Below, piece by piece: positions 40,001 to 49,063 of a stretch of 64,000 bases of DNA (within the stretch, counting starts at the first letter, position 1; each line of letters begins with the position of its first letter). The stretch lies in NCBI GenBank assembly GCA_000146465.1, contig CP001946.1; one strand, written 5' to 3'. The position numbers and the translations under genes were made by a program. The notes under the pieces were generated by a model that saw nothing but the letters and a program-made list of their open reading frames with translations, had not been told where the DNA came from and made no database searches.

Positions 40001-43000
40001 CAGATGTACGAGATGTTTGGAAGGAAATGCGAATACTTCTGTGTTGAGATGTATAGGGCTGTTTTCTCCAAGCTCAAGGCCATGTGCAAGTCTTCGAACA
40101 AGAGATGTAGAGACGCTGGAATCAATGGAATCATATGTCTTGCAGCAACAATGCCTATTCGAGAGCTTGTGATGCTCCGAGTCCCGGAAGATTCGTTTTC
40201 ATGTACATACCTTTATCTTCTTCCTCGGGGATCCGAAGATTTCTCTCTTCCCCTCCGGCTGGTTGTCTTTATCTTGAGATTCAGATACAAGGGAATTAGG
40301 AATTATTTGCTCTCCTCTGGAATGGAGAGGCACTTCATGATGTCGCATTTCAGACCGTTTGTTGCAGGCCTCTTTGATGGGAGAAAGGATGTTATGGACT
40401 TTTCCCAAGCTGTGTTGAGAGAAGTGTTCCAGAGCTATGGGCCTCGCCTACTGGAAAGACACAAGGACATGGTTTTTGGGTTTTTCAAGAAGGAATATGT
40501 AATAGGAAGCAGGGAAACAATGATAATGCACTTGAAAGTGTTTATTTTCTGCGTTCGAGAGGGCAAGTGTCCGTTTGACGATTGCGAGATGAAGTATCTT
40601 ATCGAGAAGTTTCTGGATGGGATTGCAAGCAACGAGGAGTGGAGAGGAACTGGAGGGGTTTATATGGGCTTTGACCACTGTGAAAGAGACGAAAGCACAA
40701 ACAACGAGGACTTTTGCAAGTGCAACAGATGCGGGAAGGGCGAAGAAGACACAGAGATTGTTCTAGGAGGGATCCATAAGAAGTTATCTTCGCTATCTAT
40801 GAGGGATTTGATGGAAATTGCGCTTAAAAACAAAATGGATGTGGTTTGCGGAGATTGCAAGAAAAAGATCTACAGACATAAGGAGGAGTGGTCTCCTAGA
40901 TTCAGTAACGAGGGGGAGGAGTTGATTTACTGGATAAGAGAGTTTTATTTGCTTGTCATTGAGTACAGGAAGTCCTTTGAGGAGATAAGAACAGCGGTTT
41001 TGTATTTATTGAGATATGTTTCGGACGATTCCTCGGATTACCTGCAGAAGGCACACAATATACGGCCGCAAGAGACAGAAGAGGTAATATCAGAGGAAGT
41101 GGAGAAGTGTCTGTCTGAGAAGGTCGACTACAAGATCCTCAACATGTTACTGTGTGCACATTCGATATCGGGGATTCGGGAGAATCCAAGGGTAGGGATG
41201 CTTGTTCTGAAGATTCTGAAAGAATTCAGGATTCCGAAAGAGTTTGCAATAATAGCACAGAATGACAGATACTCGATGCTGGCAAAGGCGTATGAAATAG
41301 GAATTAGACTGAAAAACCAGGAGGGGCTGTGCAACGAGATTCTGGAAACATACTTTGTACTTGACGGATATGCCAAGAGTTACACTTCCAGGATGTATCC
41401 TCGAATGATTAAGTATGTAGAGGATCTTGGATCACAGTTTGTAAGTTGTATGTTCCGAAGAATTCAAGACCCATCGGCTTACGAGTTGTGTTCACAGCTC
41501 TGCAAGGACTCGGCCAAGCTAAGAGAAATGGTGTTTGGAATGAAGGACAGACTTGCGGAGAGAATATCGCAAATATATTGCAGACTGGAAGGAAATGACT
41601 CCATAGAAAAGGATGTGTTTGTGTATTCGTATCGGTTTCTTGATCTTGCAGGGTATGAGATGAAGCCTGTCGACATTCAGGTTATTCTTGGGATTTATGC
41701 TGATGTGAAGACAAAGCCCAGACATGCTGTTGAAATGAGGGGGCTGATAAATAGATGCATCGACAGGTTTTCTCCAGAGAACCTCGAGACACTGTTCAAC
41801 ATAGACCCATGGTTTATGTCTGTGGATGGGATAGACCCGGGATATCTTACAGAGGGGCTTTCACCCTTGACTCTTAGGGGGATTATCCGGAGTATTGATA
41901 AGAGAAACAGACCCATGATTGAGAATTTGAGCCTATCTCTTGGAGAAAACAGACACATGCTGATTGAGATGTTTGTGGAGATGGGGATCAGGTCTGAGAA
42001 GCTTATTGGATACTGCAAGGAGAATCTACACATCACGAACCTTAGAGGGCTCCTGCTCTACTATCTATGCACATTCGAGCCCTTGCATGTCTATTTTGAA
42101 CTCCTGTTCAAGCTCCCTTACGAAGACAGGAAGTACACGCTATACTGTCTAGAAAGGATTGTCGATGTTTTTGATCCTCTTCTCTTTGAAGAGATAATTC
42201 TGATTGTGCTGCGCTCTGAAGTAAGGTTCAAGACAAGTCTCTGTATTCTGTTTCCTCTACTTCTATCGAGGCCCAGTCTTATCAGCAAGAAGATTGTGCT
42301 TGAGCTTACAGGGTCGATCTATAAGCTTCTTGATTCAGAGAACTTCCCCCAGCAGAGAATGGGGTTTAAGCTGTTTGAAGTTCTATACAACAGGTGTCTA
42401 TTAGGAGATGGATCGGGGAATATATGCAGAGAGTATGATTGGATCATAAGGAACATATACACTCTCATGTTTGTGAGGTTTATTCATATGGATCAGGACT
42501 TGGATGGAGATCTTCTTGAAAAGTACAATCTGGAGCTTGTTTTTGAGTTGGTGGAGTACTCTCCCAAGGAGCTAAATCTTAACAACATGTTCAGCTTTCT
42601 CGAAGCGGAGATTCTGAGCAAGAAGAATGAGGAGTACAAGATATGGTTTTTGAAAAGCATTGGAATGGCCATAGCGCCGTATTTCCGATCAAGGGCTTTG
42701 GGAATCAAGGTTATTGAGTATCTGGTGCGCATTGGGATGTGGAATTACAAGCTTCTTCGGGAGGAGCTGGGGGTTGTTGTGTACGACCCGAGCCTACTGT
42801 ACAATCTCCTTTGCATGCTTTGTAGCAAAGCTGGTGAAAGAGCTGGTTTGGGATGCAAGGCTCATAGGGATGATGTAGAAAACATGGAGATATGCTTGAT
42901 AGTGATAAGACATTTATTTGCAGAGTACAATAGAGAGAGAGGAGAAGCCAACCAGAAATATGTGGAGGAAGGACTTGAGAAGCTGTTCTATGTTTTATCT

Positions 43001-46000
43001 CTATACTCTGAAATGAAGAATATTGTGTGCTCGGTAACTAGGCTGTTCGTGGAAGCATTCAAGGACAATTCCTCTCGGATAGATCCATTAGTAAGCAAGA
43101 TAAGTTTCTTGATGTCTGATTTCAGAACGTCGCTTGCAGACAAGATTGAAATGGCTTGTCTCTTGAGCAATCGAGGGCATGACAATGAGTTTCTTAGTGA
43201 GATGCTGCTTCCGGCCTTCAACAATTATCTCTACTCTGGAGTTACCTTTCCGTCAGGCCTGCAGAAGTTCTTTATGAAAGGAGTCAGTTCGAAAAACAGC
43301 ATCTTGAGGAATGGATATCTAGATCTGATGAACCGCATTGTTCCTGTAAGCAAGTGGATGAGACTTAAGTATCTGCTGGAAATGGAATGGAAGCACAACG
43401 CAAAGATAGGATACACAATGACGGCGATGATGATCCTTTCTTGCCACACAGCAGAACTGGAGGCAGAAAAGTACTCGGAAATAAGACCGAGCAAGGATAT
43501 TGAATATCCTTGGTCACGGGAGGGGATGAGATGCAAGGGAAATGTGAGCAGATGCAGTGGACTTGTTGCGAATCTTCTTGAAGATGTTGGCCTATACAGG
43601 TCCAAGGCGTCGAAGCCAGACCTCCTGGAAATTCTGTACCACTTCGACGATTCCCTACTTCCGGTGCTATCTGGAGTCTTAAGAACTACTGTATGTGGAT
43701 TGGATTCCGAGAAATGTAAAAGCATATTCGAAGGCTTTGTGAAGTTCTGCTCGGAGGTTACAGGAGAAGGGAAACTTCTTGGAGCCCTTGTTAGGGGTCT
43801 TGGGCCTATATATAGACATGCAGATCTATATGAGCTTATTAAGGTATTCCGAGGAGGAGAGGGATGGTACACGCTACTGGAGTATGCAGATGATAGGCAG
43901 AAGACAGAGATATACAGGAGATTGATGAACTTGGATGAATACTTTGGAATGTCGCGGTCGGTGTGTATTTTTCCTGAGACGATGCAGGCATATTTCCTTC
44001 AGCAAGTGGGAAAGACCAAGGAAGCACAGGATCTCTATGAGGAGATCCAAGCCAGAGCAGGAAAGCACAAGATATCTTTTGACGAAAGGGAGTACAAGCT
44101 GTGGCAAGATGAGTGGGTGGCATGTGCAAAAGAACTGCAGCAATGGGATGTATGCTACGATGCAGGAGTGGAGATCGGGGATGGCTTGCTAAGTGGAGAA
44201 TCGTTGTGGCATCTTTCGAACTTCACAAGCCAGAAGGCAGTGGAGAAACTCAAAAGCGTGATTGGCAAGGGAGTAGGATTTGAAAGAGAATTCCTCGATG
44301 TATTTGCAGATATATTTATGAAGTATTCGGCAGAGAGGATCAAGGGAATCCTAACAAAGAACATTGCAGAGCTCAGGAGTTACCCCGTAGGAAGTGGAGC
44401 AAACCTAAGAAATCTTATGTATCTGCAGATCATCATAGAAATGGTTGAGGCAGAGCCTATTTTTAACGACAAGATAGACTCGATAGAAGCATTGACATCG
44501 ATATCCTTCCGATGGAAGGACAAGGAGCCGTCCATCTACAGCTCTTTTGCAGAATGGAGCCTCTTCAAGACATGGAGAAAACATGTATATTCGAGATTGG
44601 GAATGGGAGAGAAGATGTGTGGCAGAGAGATGGGATACAAGCAGCCAGAAAGAGGTTACACAGAGGAGATGGGAAATTCCTTGGGTAGAAAGCCTATAGC
44701 ATCGCATTTGTTTTCTCCAAAAGAGATGAATGAGAACTATGCAAAGATAAAAAAGGAACTGGTGGCCCGAGGAACAAACGAATTGGCAAAGACTCTGAAC
44801 ATGTTTTCCAAGGCAGCCATCGACCATGGATACTATGATGTGGCTCTATTCCATCTTAAAGAAGTCTTTGACCTAAGCAGTGTAAAGGTAGGGGATGCCT
44901 TCCAGAAGGTTGTTTATGAGCTACTTTGCTTTCTCGGCAAGAAAGAGTACAAGATAGGAGCCGAGCAGTGCATGTCGGCAAACATACAACATTTCAGTGA
45001 TACACAGAATTCGGTACTATTCAACATCAAGGGGCTGTTCAATGAGAAGCTTGGAAAGGCTTCGGATGCCGAAAAATTCTATTTGCAGTCTGCACAGATA
45101 TGCAACACAGTTGGAGAAAACTGGCTCACATGGGCGAGTTTCTTGTTTGGTAGGATCGATGGAGATGCTCCAGAAGTAAAGGAAGACGTCTTTGTTGCTC
45201 TTCTACAAGCCATTACCTACTGCAACGGCCCAAATGCAAGGAAAGGAATTCTTAAGATGATTCTACTTATGGGAGAGCATTCCTCGCTCTGTGATGTGGA
45301 GTTGTTCCACAAGGTTCTTCAAGAGATTGACATCTCTCGATTTATATACTTTATTCCGCAACTGATTGGGCTACTGGAAAAGGAAGACTCAAGGTTGGTG
45401 CAAGCCATACTTGGCAAGATCTCGGAAGAGTATCCGCAAGCAGTGATAGGGCCCCTTAAGGCAGCTAAGGAAAGAATAAGAAGAAGCTTGGGGCTTGGAA
45501 AGGAAGATATAGAATGCAAGGTGGGGGAACACAAGGTAGAAGGTAGAAGTAGCGAAGATTCAAAGAGTCTTGGGACTGGACTGGTGACTGGAGAGAAGAA
45601 CATGTTTTTGGAGAATGTTATGTGTATATACAACCGGATAAAAAACGCCCAACCAGGGAAAGAGTTCTGGAAGATCCTTCACTATCTTCACAATTCGCTG
45701 AACTCCTTCGCCTTTAAGGAGGAGGAGCTTGTGTATCTGGAGATCGAGAAGATCTTCAACAGTGCTGTGTCGCATGTTGTGCATGGGGCTGTTCCATCGG
45801 GCCTTGGCCATGCTAAGATTCTGAACGAGCTTATTTTCCAGGTTTCTGTTTCTTCCCTAAGCCGGAAACTCAAGGAAGAGCTTACATCTTCCATTCTCAA
45901 GATGAGGTGCATCTGCCCTCTTGAGAACATCGATGAAATGGTACGGTTCAAAAGTAAGGTGCAGAAGATTGTAGAAGAATCCTTCCATAGGATGGACAAG

Positions 46001-47380
46001 TCCGAGGAGTCTGAGGTGAATCTACTGCTATACAGATCCGACTACAAGCATCGAGTATTTGGACAATACTCGGAAATAAGAAGAAGTTACAAGAGCCTTG
46101 CGAGCATAGAGATGTTTGAGCCTCGGCAGCCCTACATGTACAGAAAAAGAATGGGATGCAATAGAATTCACCTGAGAGGAAGCGATGGGAAGATGTACAG
46201 ATACGAGATGAAAGAGTTAAGGAAGATGAGGTTCTCTGAGTTTGTCCTTCCACAGATATCTTTGATGATTAACGAGGCGATGGGCGAGGACACCAACTTG
46301 CGAAGGAGAGGTGCGGAGTTGAGGTTGTTTGTTCCCTTTATTGCTAGTGAAGTTCTTGCATTGAAATGGATCAAGGAGCCTGTCTATTACATGGATAGTA
46401 TATTGGAAGAGGGGCTAAGTAGATACAAGATGAACATTGATCAATGTGTGCTTCTTTATCTTGATCACTTTGCAACTATCTACGATGGGTTAGACTCAAG
46501 TCCAGGGCATTTCGAGAACAGATATCAGCTGGAGAAGGGACTCACTGCAAGCCTAAAGCCGAGGATTCAAGGAGACGAATGCCCCAATATAAGGAAGAAA
46601 AAAGGCTTTCTTGAAAGCAAGGAGTCGCAGGAGAACCTCATAAACAATGTTAGAATGGTTATTGAGAGGCAGAGGGAGAAGTACACAAGTGGTTTGAGAC
46701 AGAACGAAGTCGAGTGTCTTGGATGCAATGAAAGAGGAGAGGGGATTTCTCCATGTACCTATAGATATGAAACCTCAAAGCGGCAAAGATACATGGCTTA
46801 CGAGAAGGTATACAACACCTTCAAGAAAACTAGCTTTGTGGATGATTACTTCAAGCTTATTTATGGAAACCTGGGAGGATACTTCCGATTTAAAAACAAA
46901 CTTCTTTCCAGTTATTCAGCCAACAGTGTCTTTTTGTACACGTTCTCTGTTGTAGACAGGAGGCCAAGAAACCTTGCCATCACCAAGACTACCGGCTGTT
47001 TTATGAATAGAGACGTCTGTTGCGAGGAAGCTGAGATATCGAGCAAAGGAAAGGGAATGGGGGCCATAGGACCAGGATACCAGAAGCTCTTTGGGAAAGA
47101 AGGGATAGAAGGCACAATGGTGTCTATTATGTATCATTATGCCGGGATGGTAAACAAGGGAGATTGGAGTAAGGATCTGGTGAAAGCTCTACTTGAAGGC
47201 AGGTTTATAGACATGACGGGAAAAGGACTCAAGGGAGCTCACAAGGAAATGCTAAGTAGAGTCTCTGAGATGATTGGAAAAGGCGAGGATGGGACCCATA
47301 ATGTGATTCCGATGGTTAGTGAGTGGATGGACATGTTCAAGCTAGCACAGATTGATCCAAGACATATGTGCTGGATGTGA
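37073..47380 (+). CDS. TRA1: PIKK-family giant protein, Tra1/TRRAP-like pseudokinase (HEAT/FAT repeats + PI3K-like domain + FATC), 3435 aa
   Basis: A single 10.3-kb ORF. The C-terminal region aligns with the PIKK kinase domain: IHLRGSDGKMYRYEMKELRKMRF...NLRRRGAELRLFVPFIASEVLALKWI parallels mTOR [26 protein letters not shown]...SLRKNLSIQRYAVIPLSTNSGLIGWV. The catalytic loop reads VVDRRPRNLAI (mTOR DRHPSNLML) and the activation-loop DFG is replaced by NRD. Degenerate catalytic residues and this size fit Tra1 rather than TOR or ATR. FATC-like end ...IDPRHMCWM. Confidence 0.6.
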   Translation: MMKDLFVGSEPSEVKANRLKKYMESGRFLETLFFPHEFLESLVLFAIQILNSTEPEKKSSFVSGGNESRYIVLRLLNKFSLKRIRNTGLVHALHCVLRNDNLPNVILSLKALGSLSRSGVIAGDLVEVHVGVLLGMVHNLFTNLESGEEGLIEISLFTLTEMLTHARVFFRGLEYHAVKIDQFLACVYGNIRRAFENRRFMDGMMHKRTSSISMCSGICSLLKLTYEQLPIVSKSGPYHVFACEAAFVGMYYCPSDLLDLRKEIYMLFSKMCIGDKEMVLPMMDKVYMVPFLFSPDAQPMSVKGIGMLSEMLVHVKENLSKAAYMEFGSKVFNVLFSTCSSIRRLCKEVHEGGEERQKYRRNASDIISQDIESLIVCLGAVENTCKCFGGRTGDSEELSHIYLKSFYDIRNGFEGIQGLVRLGCAGKEEELKKVVKKFVSGFREVIGRAGILEKSGNGIVFSVPEINILYEIFERSFDVFLHECLCQEQDIEEFFSVLSLVREHIGSDIVKCLSERIVEYSKKNGEFFGIWRLMSSSVILGNTFCGYVLPRMIEELDREGFEFVKRAMRYIVPFFGNDIKKIKRVNTFFMHRIISTLLAAKRMENFEILLEIFNMFGSMPEKSSFFQKYIFDNFSRIVSHLMNLYEVEGKSIFIEMIFSLPISINLLESDIQFLMRPIEEALMLHGPVRTKALSILVYVLDFSTPDKISGLEKTWQNILNNVAEGLKDSTMLSLCSRILGKLKSYHKTFVVDGKMFEETNEDLKLIRIVVDGKHAVPGHLLFFDAVQKIRGAFELSEKSFGPSGVLTRFRSLGPRCGDGEAKGAAFRLVEKVVCHLMGWNSSGKNLIQNYYESLLEEMEEIGSIPDTLDYIHSVHGVISSLGGRKCSDSRHLAQYVYDAILTLFSCHGTPFEKKALELLHSIFGVVILHKISTLHRPKGKRYTILLDTDTFLDALVESFCDTENSMPFKVLSVMFVQMYEMFGRKCEYFCVEMYRAVFSKLKAMCKSSNKRCRDAGINGIICLAATMPIRELVMLRVPEDSFSCTYLYLLPRGSEDFSLPLRLVVFILRFRYKGIRNYLLSSGMERHFMMSHFRPFVAGLFDGRKDVMDFSQAVLREVFQSYGPRLLERHKDMVFGFFKKEYVIGSRETMIMHLKVFIFCVREGKCPFDDCEMKYLIEKFLDGIASNEEWRGTGGVYMGFDHCERDESTNNEDFCKCNRCGKGEEDTEIVLGGIHKKLSSLSMRDLMEIALKNKMDVVCGDCKKKIYRHKEEWSPRFSNEGEELIYWIREFYLLVIEYRKSFEEIRTAVLYLLRYVSDDSSDYLQKAHNIRPQETEEVISEEVEKCLSEKVDYKILNMLLCAHSISGIRENPRVGMLVLKILKEFRIPKEFAIIAQNDRYSMLAKAYEIGIRLKNQEGLCNEILETYFVLDGYAKSYTSRMYPRMIKYVEDLGSQFVSCMFRRIQDPSAYELCSQLCKDSAKLREMVFGMKDRLAERISQIYCRLEGNDSIEKDVFVYSYRFLDLAGYEMKPVDIQVILGIYADVKTKPRHAVEMRGLINRCIDRFSPENLETLFNIDPWFMSVDGIDPGYLTEGLSPLTLRGIIRSIDKRNRPMIENLSLSLGENRHMLIEMFVEMGIRSEKLIGYCKENLHITNLRGLLLYYLCTFEPLHVYFELLFKLPYEDRKYTLYCLERIVDVFDPLLFEEIILIVLRSEVRFKTSLCILFPLLLSRPSLISKKIVLELTGSIYKLLDSENFPQQRMGFKLFEVLYNRCLLGDGSGNICREYDWIIRNIYTLMFVRFIHMDQDLDGDLLEKYNLELVFELVEYSPKELNLNNMFSFLEAEILSKKNEEYKIWFLKSIGMAIAPYFRSRALGIKVIEYLVRIGMWNYKLLREELGVVVYDPSLLYNLLCMLCSKAGERAGLGCKAHRDDVENMEICLIVIRHLFAEYNRERGEANQKYVEEGLEKLFYVLSLYSEMKNIVCSVTRLFVEAFKDNSSRIDPLVSKISFLMSDFRTSLADKIEMACLLSNRGHDNEFLSEMLLPAFNNYLYSGVTFPSGLQKFFMKGVSSKNSILRNGYLDLMNRIVPVSKWMRLKYLLEMEWKHNAKIGYTMTAMMILSCHTAELEAEKYSEIRPSKDIEYPWSREGMRCKGNVSRCSGLVANLLEDVGLYRSKASKPDLLEILYHFDDSLLPVLSGVLRTTVCGLDSEKCKSIFEGFVKFCSEVTGEGKLLGALVRGLGPIYRHADLYELIKVFRGGEGWYTLLEYADDRQKTEIYRRLMNLDEYFGMSRSVCIFPETMQAYFLQQVGKTKEAQDLYEEIQARAGKHKISFDEREYKLWQDEWVACAKELQQWDVCYDAGVEIGDGLLSGESLWHLSNFTSQKAVEKLKSVIGKGVGFEREFLDVFADIFMKYSAERIKGILTKNIAELRSYPVGSGANLRNLMYLQIIIEMVEAEPIFNDKIDSIEALTSISFRWKDKEPSIYSSFAEWSLFKTWRKHVYSRLGMGEKMCGREMGYKQPERGYTEEMGNSLGRKPIASHLFSPKEMNENYAKIKKELVARGTNELAKTLNMFSKAAIDHGYYDVALFHLKEVFDLSSVKVGDAFQKVVYELLCFLGKKEYKIGAEQCMSANIQHFSDTQNSVLFNIKGLFNEKLGKASDAEKFYLQSAQICNTVGENWLTWASFLFGRIDGDAPEVKEDVFVALLQAITYCNGPNARKGILKMILLMGEHSSLCDVELFHKVLQEIDISRFIYFIPQLIGLLEKEDSRLVQAILGKISEEYPQAVIGPLKAAKERIRRSLGLGKEDIECKVGEHKVEGRSSEDSKSLGTGLVTGEKNMFLENVMCIYNRIKNAQPGKEFWKILHYLHNSLNSFAFKEEELVYLEIEKIFNSAVSHVVHGAVPSGLGHAKILNELIFQVSVSSLSRKLKEELTSSILKMRCICPLENIDEMVRFKSKVQKIVEESFHRMDKSEESEVNLLLYRSDYKHRVFGQYSEIRRSYKSLASIEMFEPRQPYMYRKRMGCNRIHLRGSDGKMYRYEMKELRKMRFSEFVLPQISLMINEAMGEDTNLRRRGAELRLFVPFIASEVLALKWIKEPVYYMDSILEEGLSRYKMNIDQCVLLYLDHFATIYDGLDSSPGHFENRYQLEKGLTASLKPRIQGDECPNIRKKKGFLESKESQENLINNVRMVIERQREKYTSGLRQNEVECLGCNERGEGISPCTYRYETSKRQRYMAYEKVYNTFKKTSFVDDYFKLIYGNLGGYFRFKNKLLSSYSANSVFLYTFSVVDRRPRNLAITKTTGCFMNRDVCCEEAEISSKGKGMGAIGPGYQKLFGKEGIEGTMVSIMYHYAGMVNKGDWSKDLVKALLEGRFIDMTGKGLKGAHKEMLSRVSEMIGKGEDGTHNVIPMVSEWMDMFKLAQIDPRHMCWM

Positions 47381-47447
47381 TGACCAATTAAAGTCGATTT
47401 TTGTTTTCTAGGATTCTTCATCCAAAAGAATGGGTGGGTGATGACCC

Positions 47448-48500
47448 ATGGATACTGTTCTGGTGAAGCTTGTGGATAGAAACCATGATGGGGCTGAACA
47501 CAATCCCTTGCATGTGAGTACATCCTTTACCACCGAGGATCTTGAGCGCTATCTAAGATCTGTGCTTGGTGGAGATGGAGGCTATCGATTCTATATAGCA
47601 GGGCGGGGATTTGAAGGAAGTCTCCTGAAGGAAATCAGCTCAAGGGCTCTAGAGGTCGAAGAAGGACTGACTATTGAGTACGAGCTTGATCGGAATTATA
47701 CACCTGATGTTTTAATAGAACTTGAGGATCTGGTGTCGTGTCTAACTGTGGTGAAAAGCAGGCAGCCGGAAGTATGGTGTGGGACCCATGGGGGGAGGCT
47801 GAAGATATATGCTTATCAGGATGGAGTAATCAACCTGATGAAAACAACAGACTACAGTAGAGTTCGGGGTGTTTCCCGTGAAGATGGTCTATATATCTAC
47901 AATTCTGCAGGAGAGGTAGTGGAGTTTGAATCGGGAGATGTTCTGTTCAAGGTGGATGGAGATATAACCTGCATAGCCTCTTCTTCCAATGTGGTTTCTG
48001 TTGGAACACACGAGGGAGAGTGCTATGTGTTCAAAGAAGGACTTATGAAGGTACATAAGTTTAAGGCATACATATCGTCTACGGCTATGAATAAAGATGA
48101 GGCGATGTTTGTGTGTGCAGATGGAAATATAGGGGTCTTTGGAATCTCTACCAACACGTTCAAAACAAAGGACCTTGGGTATGGCGTAACTTCTTCGGAT
48201 ATGGGAGATGGCAAATATGTCTTTGGAACGTCATGCTCCGGTCTGGTTGTGGAAAATAAAGAAGAATCCACGTTTGTGAGTACAGGCATTAGATTTAGTA
48301 ACAGGATAGCAATGTATAACGGTTGCATAGTTGCTCAGGCCTCCCAATATACAATATCTGTGGTAGATATTGGAGACCACCGAGAACTTCGGAGAATCAC
48401 TGTGGATGAGTGTATCTCGGACATTGGATGGATAGAGAATCTTCTGATTGCCGGTGTCGGGTCCAGAATCCATGGATATATTATACACAACTTGGAATAG
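47448..48500 (+). CDS. NLE-domain WD40 ribosome biogenesis factor (Ytm1/WDR12- or Rsa4/NLE1-like)
   Basis: N-terminal ubiquitin-like NLE region VLVKLVDRNHDGAEHNPLHVSTSFTTEDLERYLRSVL...YRFYIAGRGFEGSL, followed by WD40-like beta-strand repeats. Confidence 0.55.
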   Translation: MDTVLVKLVDRNHDGAEHNPLHVSTSFTTEDLERYLRSVLGGDGGYRFYIAGRGFEGSLLKEISSRALEVEEGLTIEYELDRNYTPDVLIELEDLVSCLTVVKSRQPEVWCGTHGGRLKIYAYQDGVINLMKTTDYSRVRGVSREDGLYIYNSAGEVVEFESGDVLFKVDGDITCIASSSNVVSVGTHEGECYVFKEGLMKVHKFKAYISSTAMNKDEAMFVCADGNIGVFGISTNTFKTKDLGYGVTSSDMGDGKYVFGTSCSGLVVENKEESTFVSTGIRFSNRIAMYNGCIVAQASQYTISVVDIGDHRELRRITVDECISDIGWIENLLIAGVGSRIHGYIIHNLE

Positions 48501-48523
48501 AAATTCTAGTTTATTTTGAATTC

Positions 48524-49063
48524 CTAGAGAGCAGCTGGAACAAACCTCTCAATAAAGCATCTTTGGCCTCTATATGTTATCAATGGGACTCCTGGAATTG
48601 TCTTTATTCTCTGCCTCAGAGCCGTATCCGAAGTTGCTACAATATAGCATCGATGTGCAGAAACTCTGTTGAAGATGCAGTCGTCTGCGTAAGTCCCCTT
48701 ATGGTCGCATTCGAGCCTTTGGACATCGTCCCCTCTGATCAGTGCGAGTGCAACACGGAAGGGCCTCCCAAGCTTCTCCAGTTCTCCAACCACACATTCT
48801 GGAACACATATTTTGATGCTTGCATTCACTGTCTTCATTAGCTGTTCCCTGATGTTGTACTTCTTTCTTACACAGTCGTTGATGAAGTTTGTATCGAGAA
48901 TGATATTATAAGGAGGCCTGAGCCTGTGGTTCAGTAGAAATCCTTCTGTGTTTCTTGGATTTTCACCGCCATCGTGAAGATTCTCAACAGGCCTTGTCTT
49001 TGCCTTCTTTCTATCCAAAATGTTAGCAACTCTCTTGCTTTTTATTGCATGCTTCACCCCCAT
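48524..49063 (-). CDS. FCF1: rRNA-processing protein Fcf1/Utp24 (PIN-domain nuclease)
   Basis: PPYNIILDTNFIN...CVPECVVGELEKLGRPFRVAL...LECDHKGTYADDCIFNRV...CYIVATSDTALRQRIKTIPGVPLI is a near-canonical Fcf1 sequence. Confidence 0.8.
   Translation of the reverse strand: MGVKHAIKSKRVANILDRKKAKTRPVENLHDGGENPRNTEGFLLNHRLRPPYNIILDTNFINDCVRKKYNIREQLMKTVNASIKICVPECVVGELEKLGRPFRVALALIRGDDVQRLECDHKGTYADDCIFNRVSAHRCYIVATSDTALRQRIKTIPGVPLITYRGQRCFIERFVPAAL

Noticed and set aside
38290-44827. Multiple minus-strand ORFs (for example 38290-38970 at 226 aa and 43231-43872 at 213 aa) inside the Tra1-like gene
   Set aside because: They are antisense to a continuous 10.3-kb ORF with PIKK homology at its C-terminus. 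They have no homology, start codons or spacing consistent with real genes.
37073-47380. Possibility that the 3435-aa PIKK is TOR (or ATR/ATM)
   Set aside because: The catalytic loop has DRR instead of DRH, and the DFG position is NRD. Pseudokinase features plus the size fit Tra1/TRRAP better. This is kept as a hedged call that needs phylogeny.
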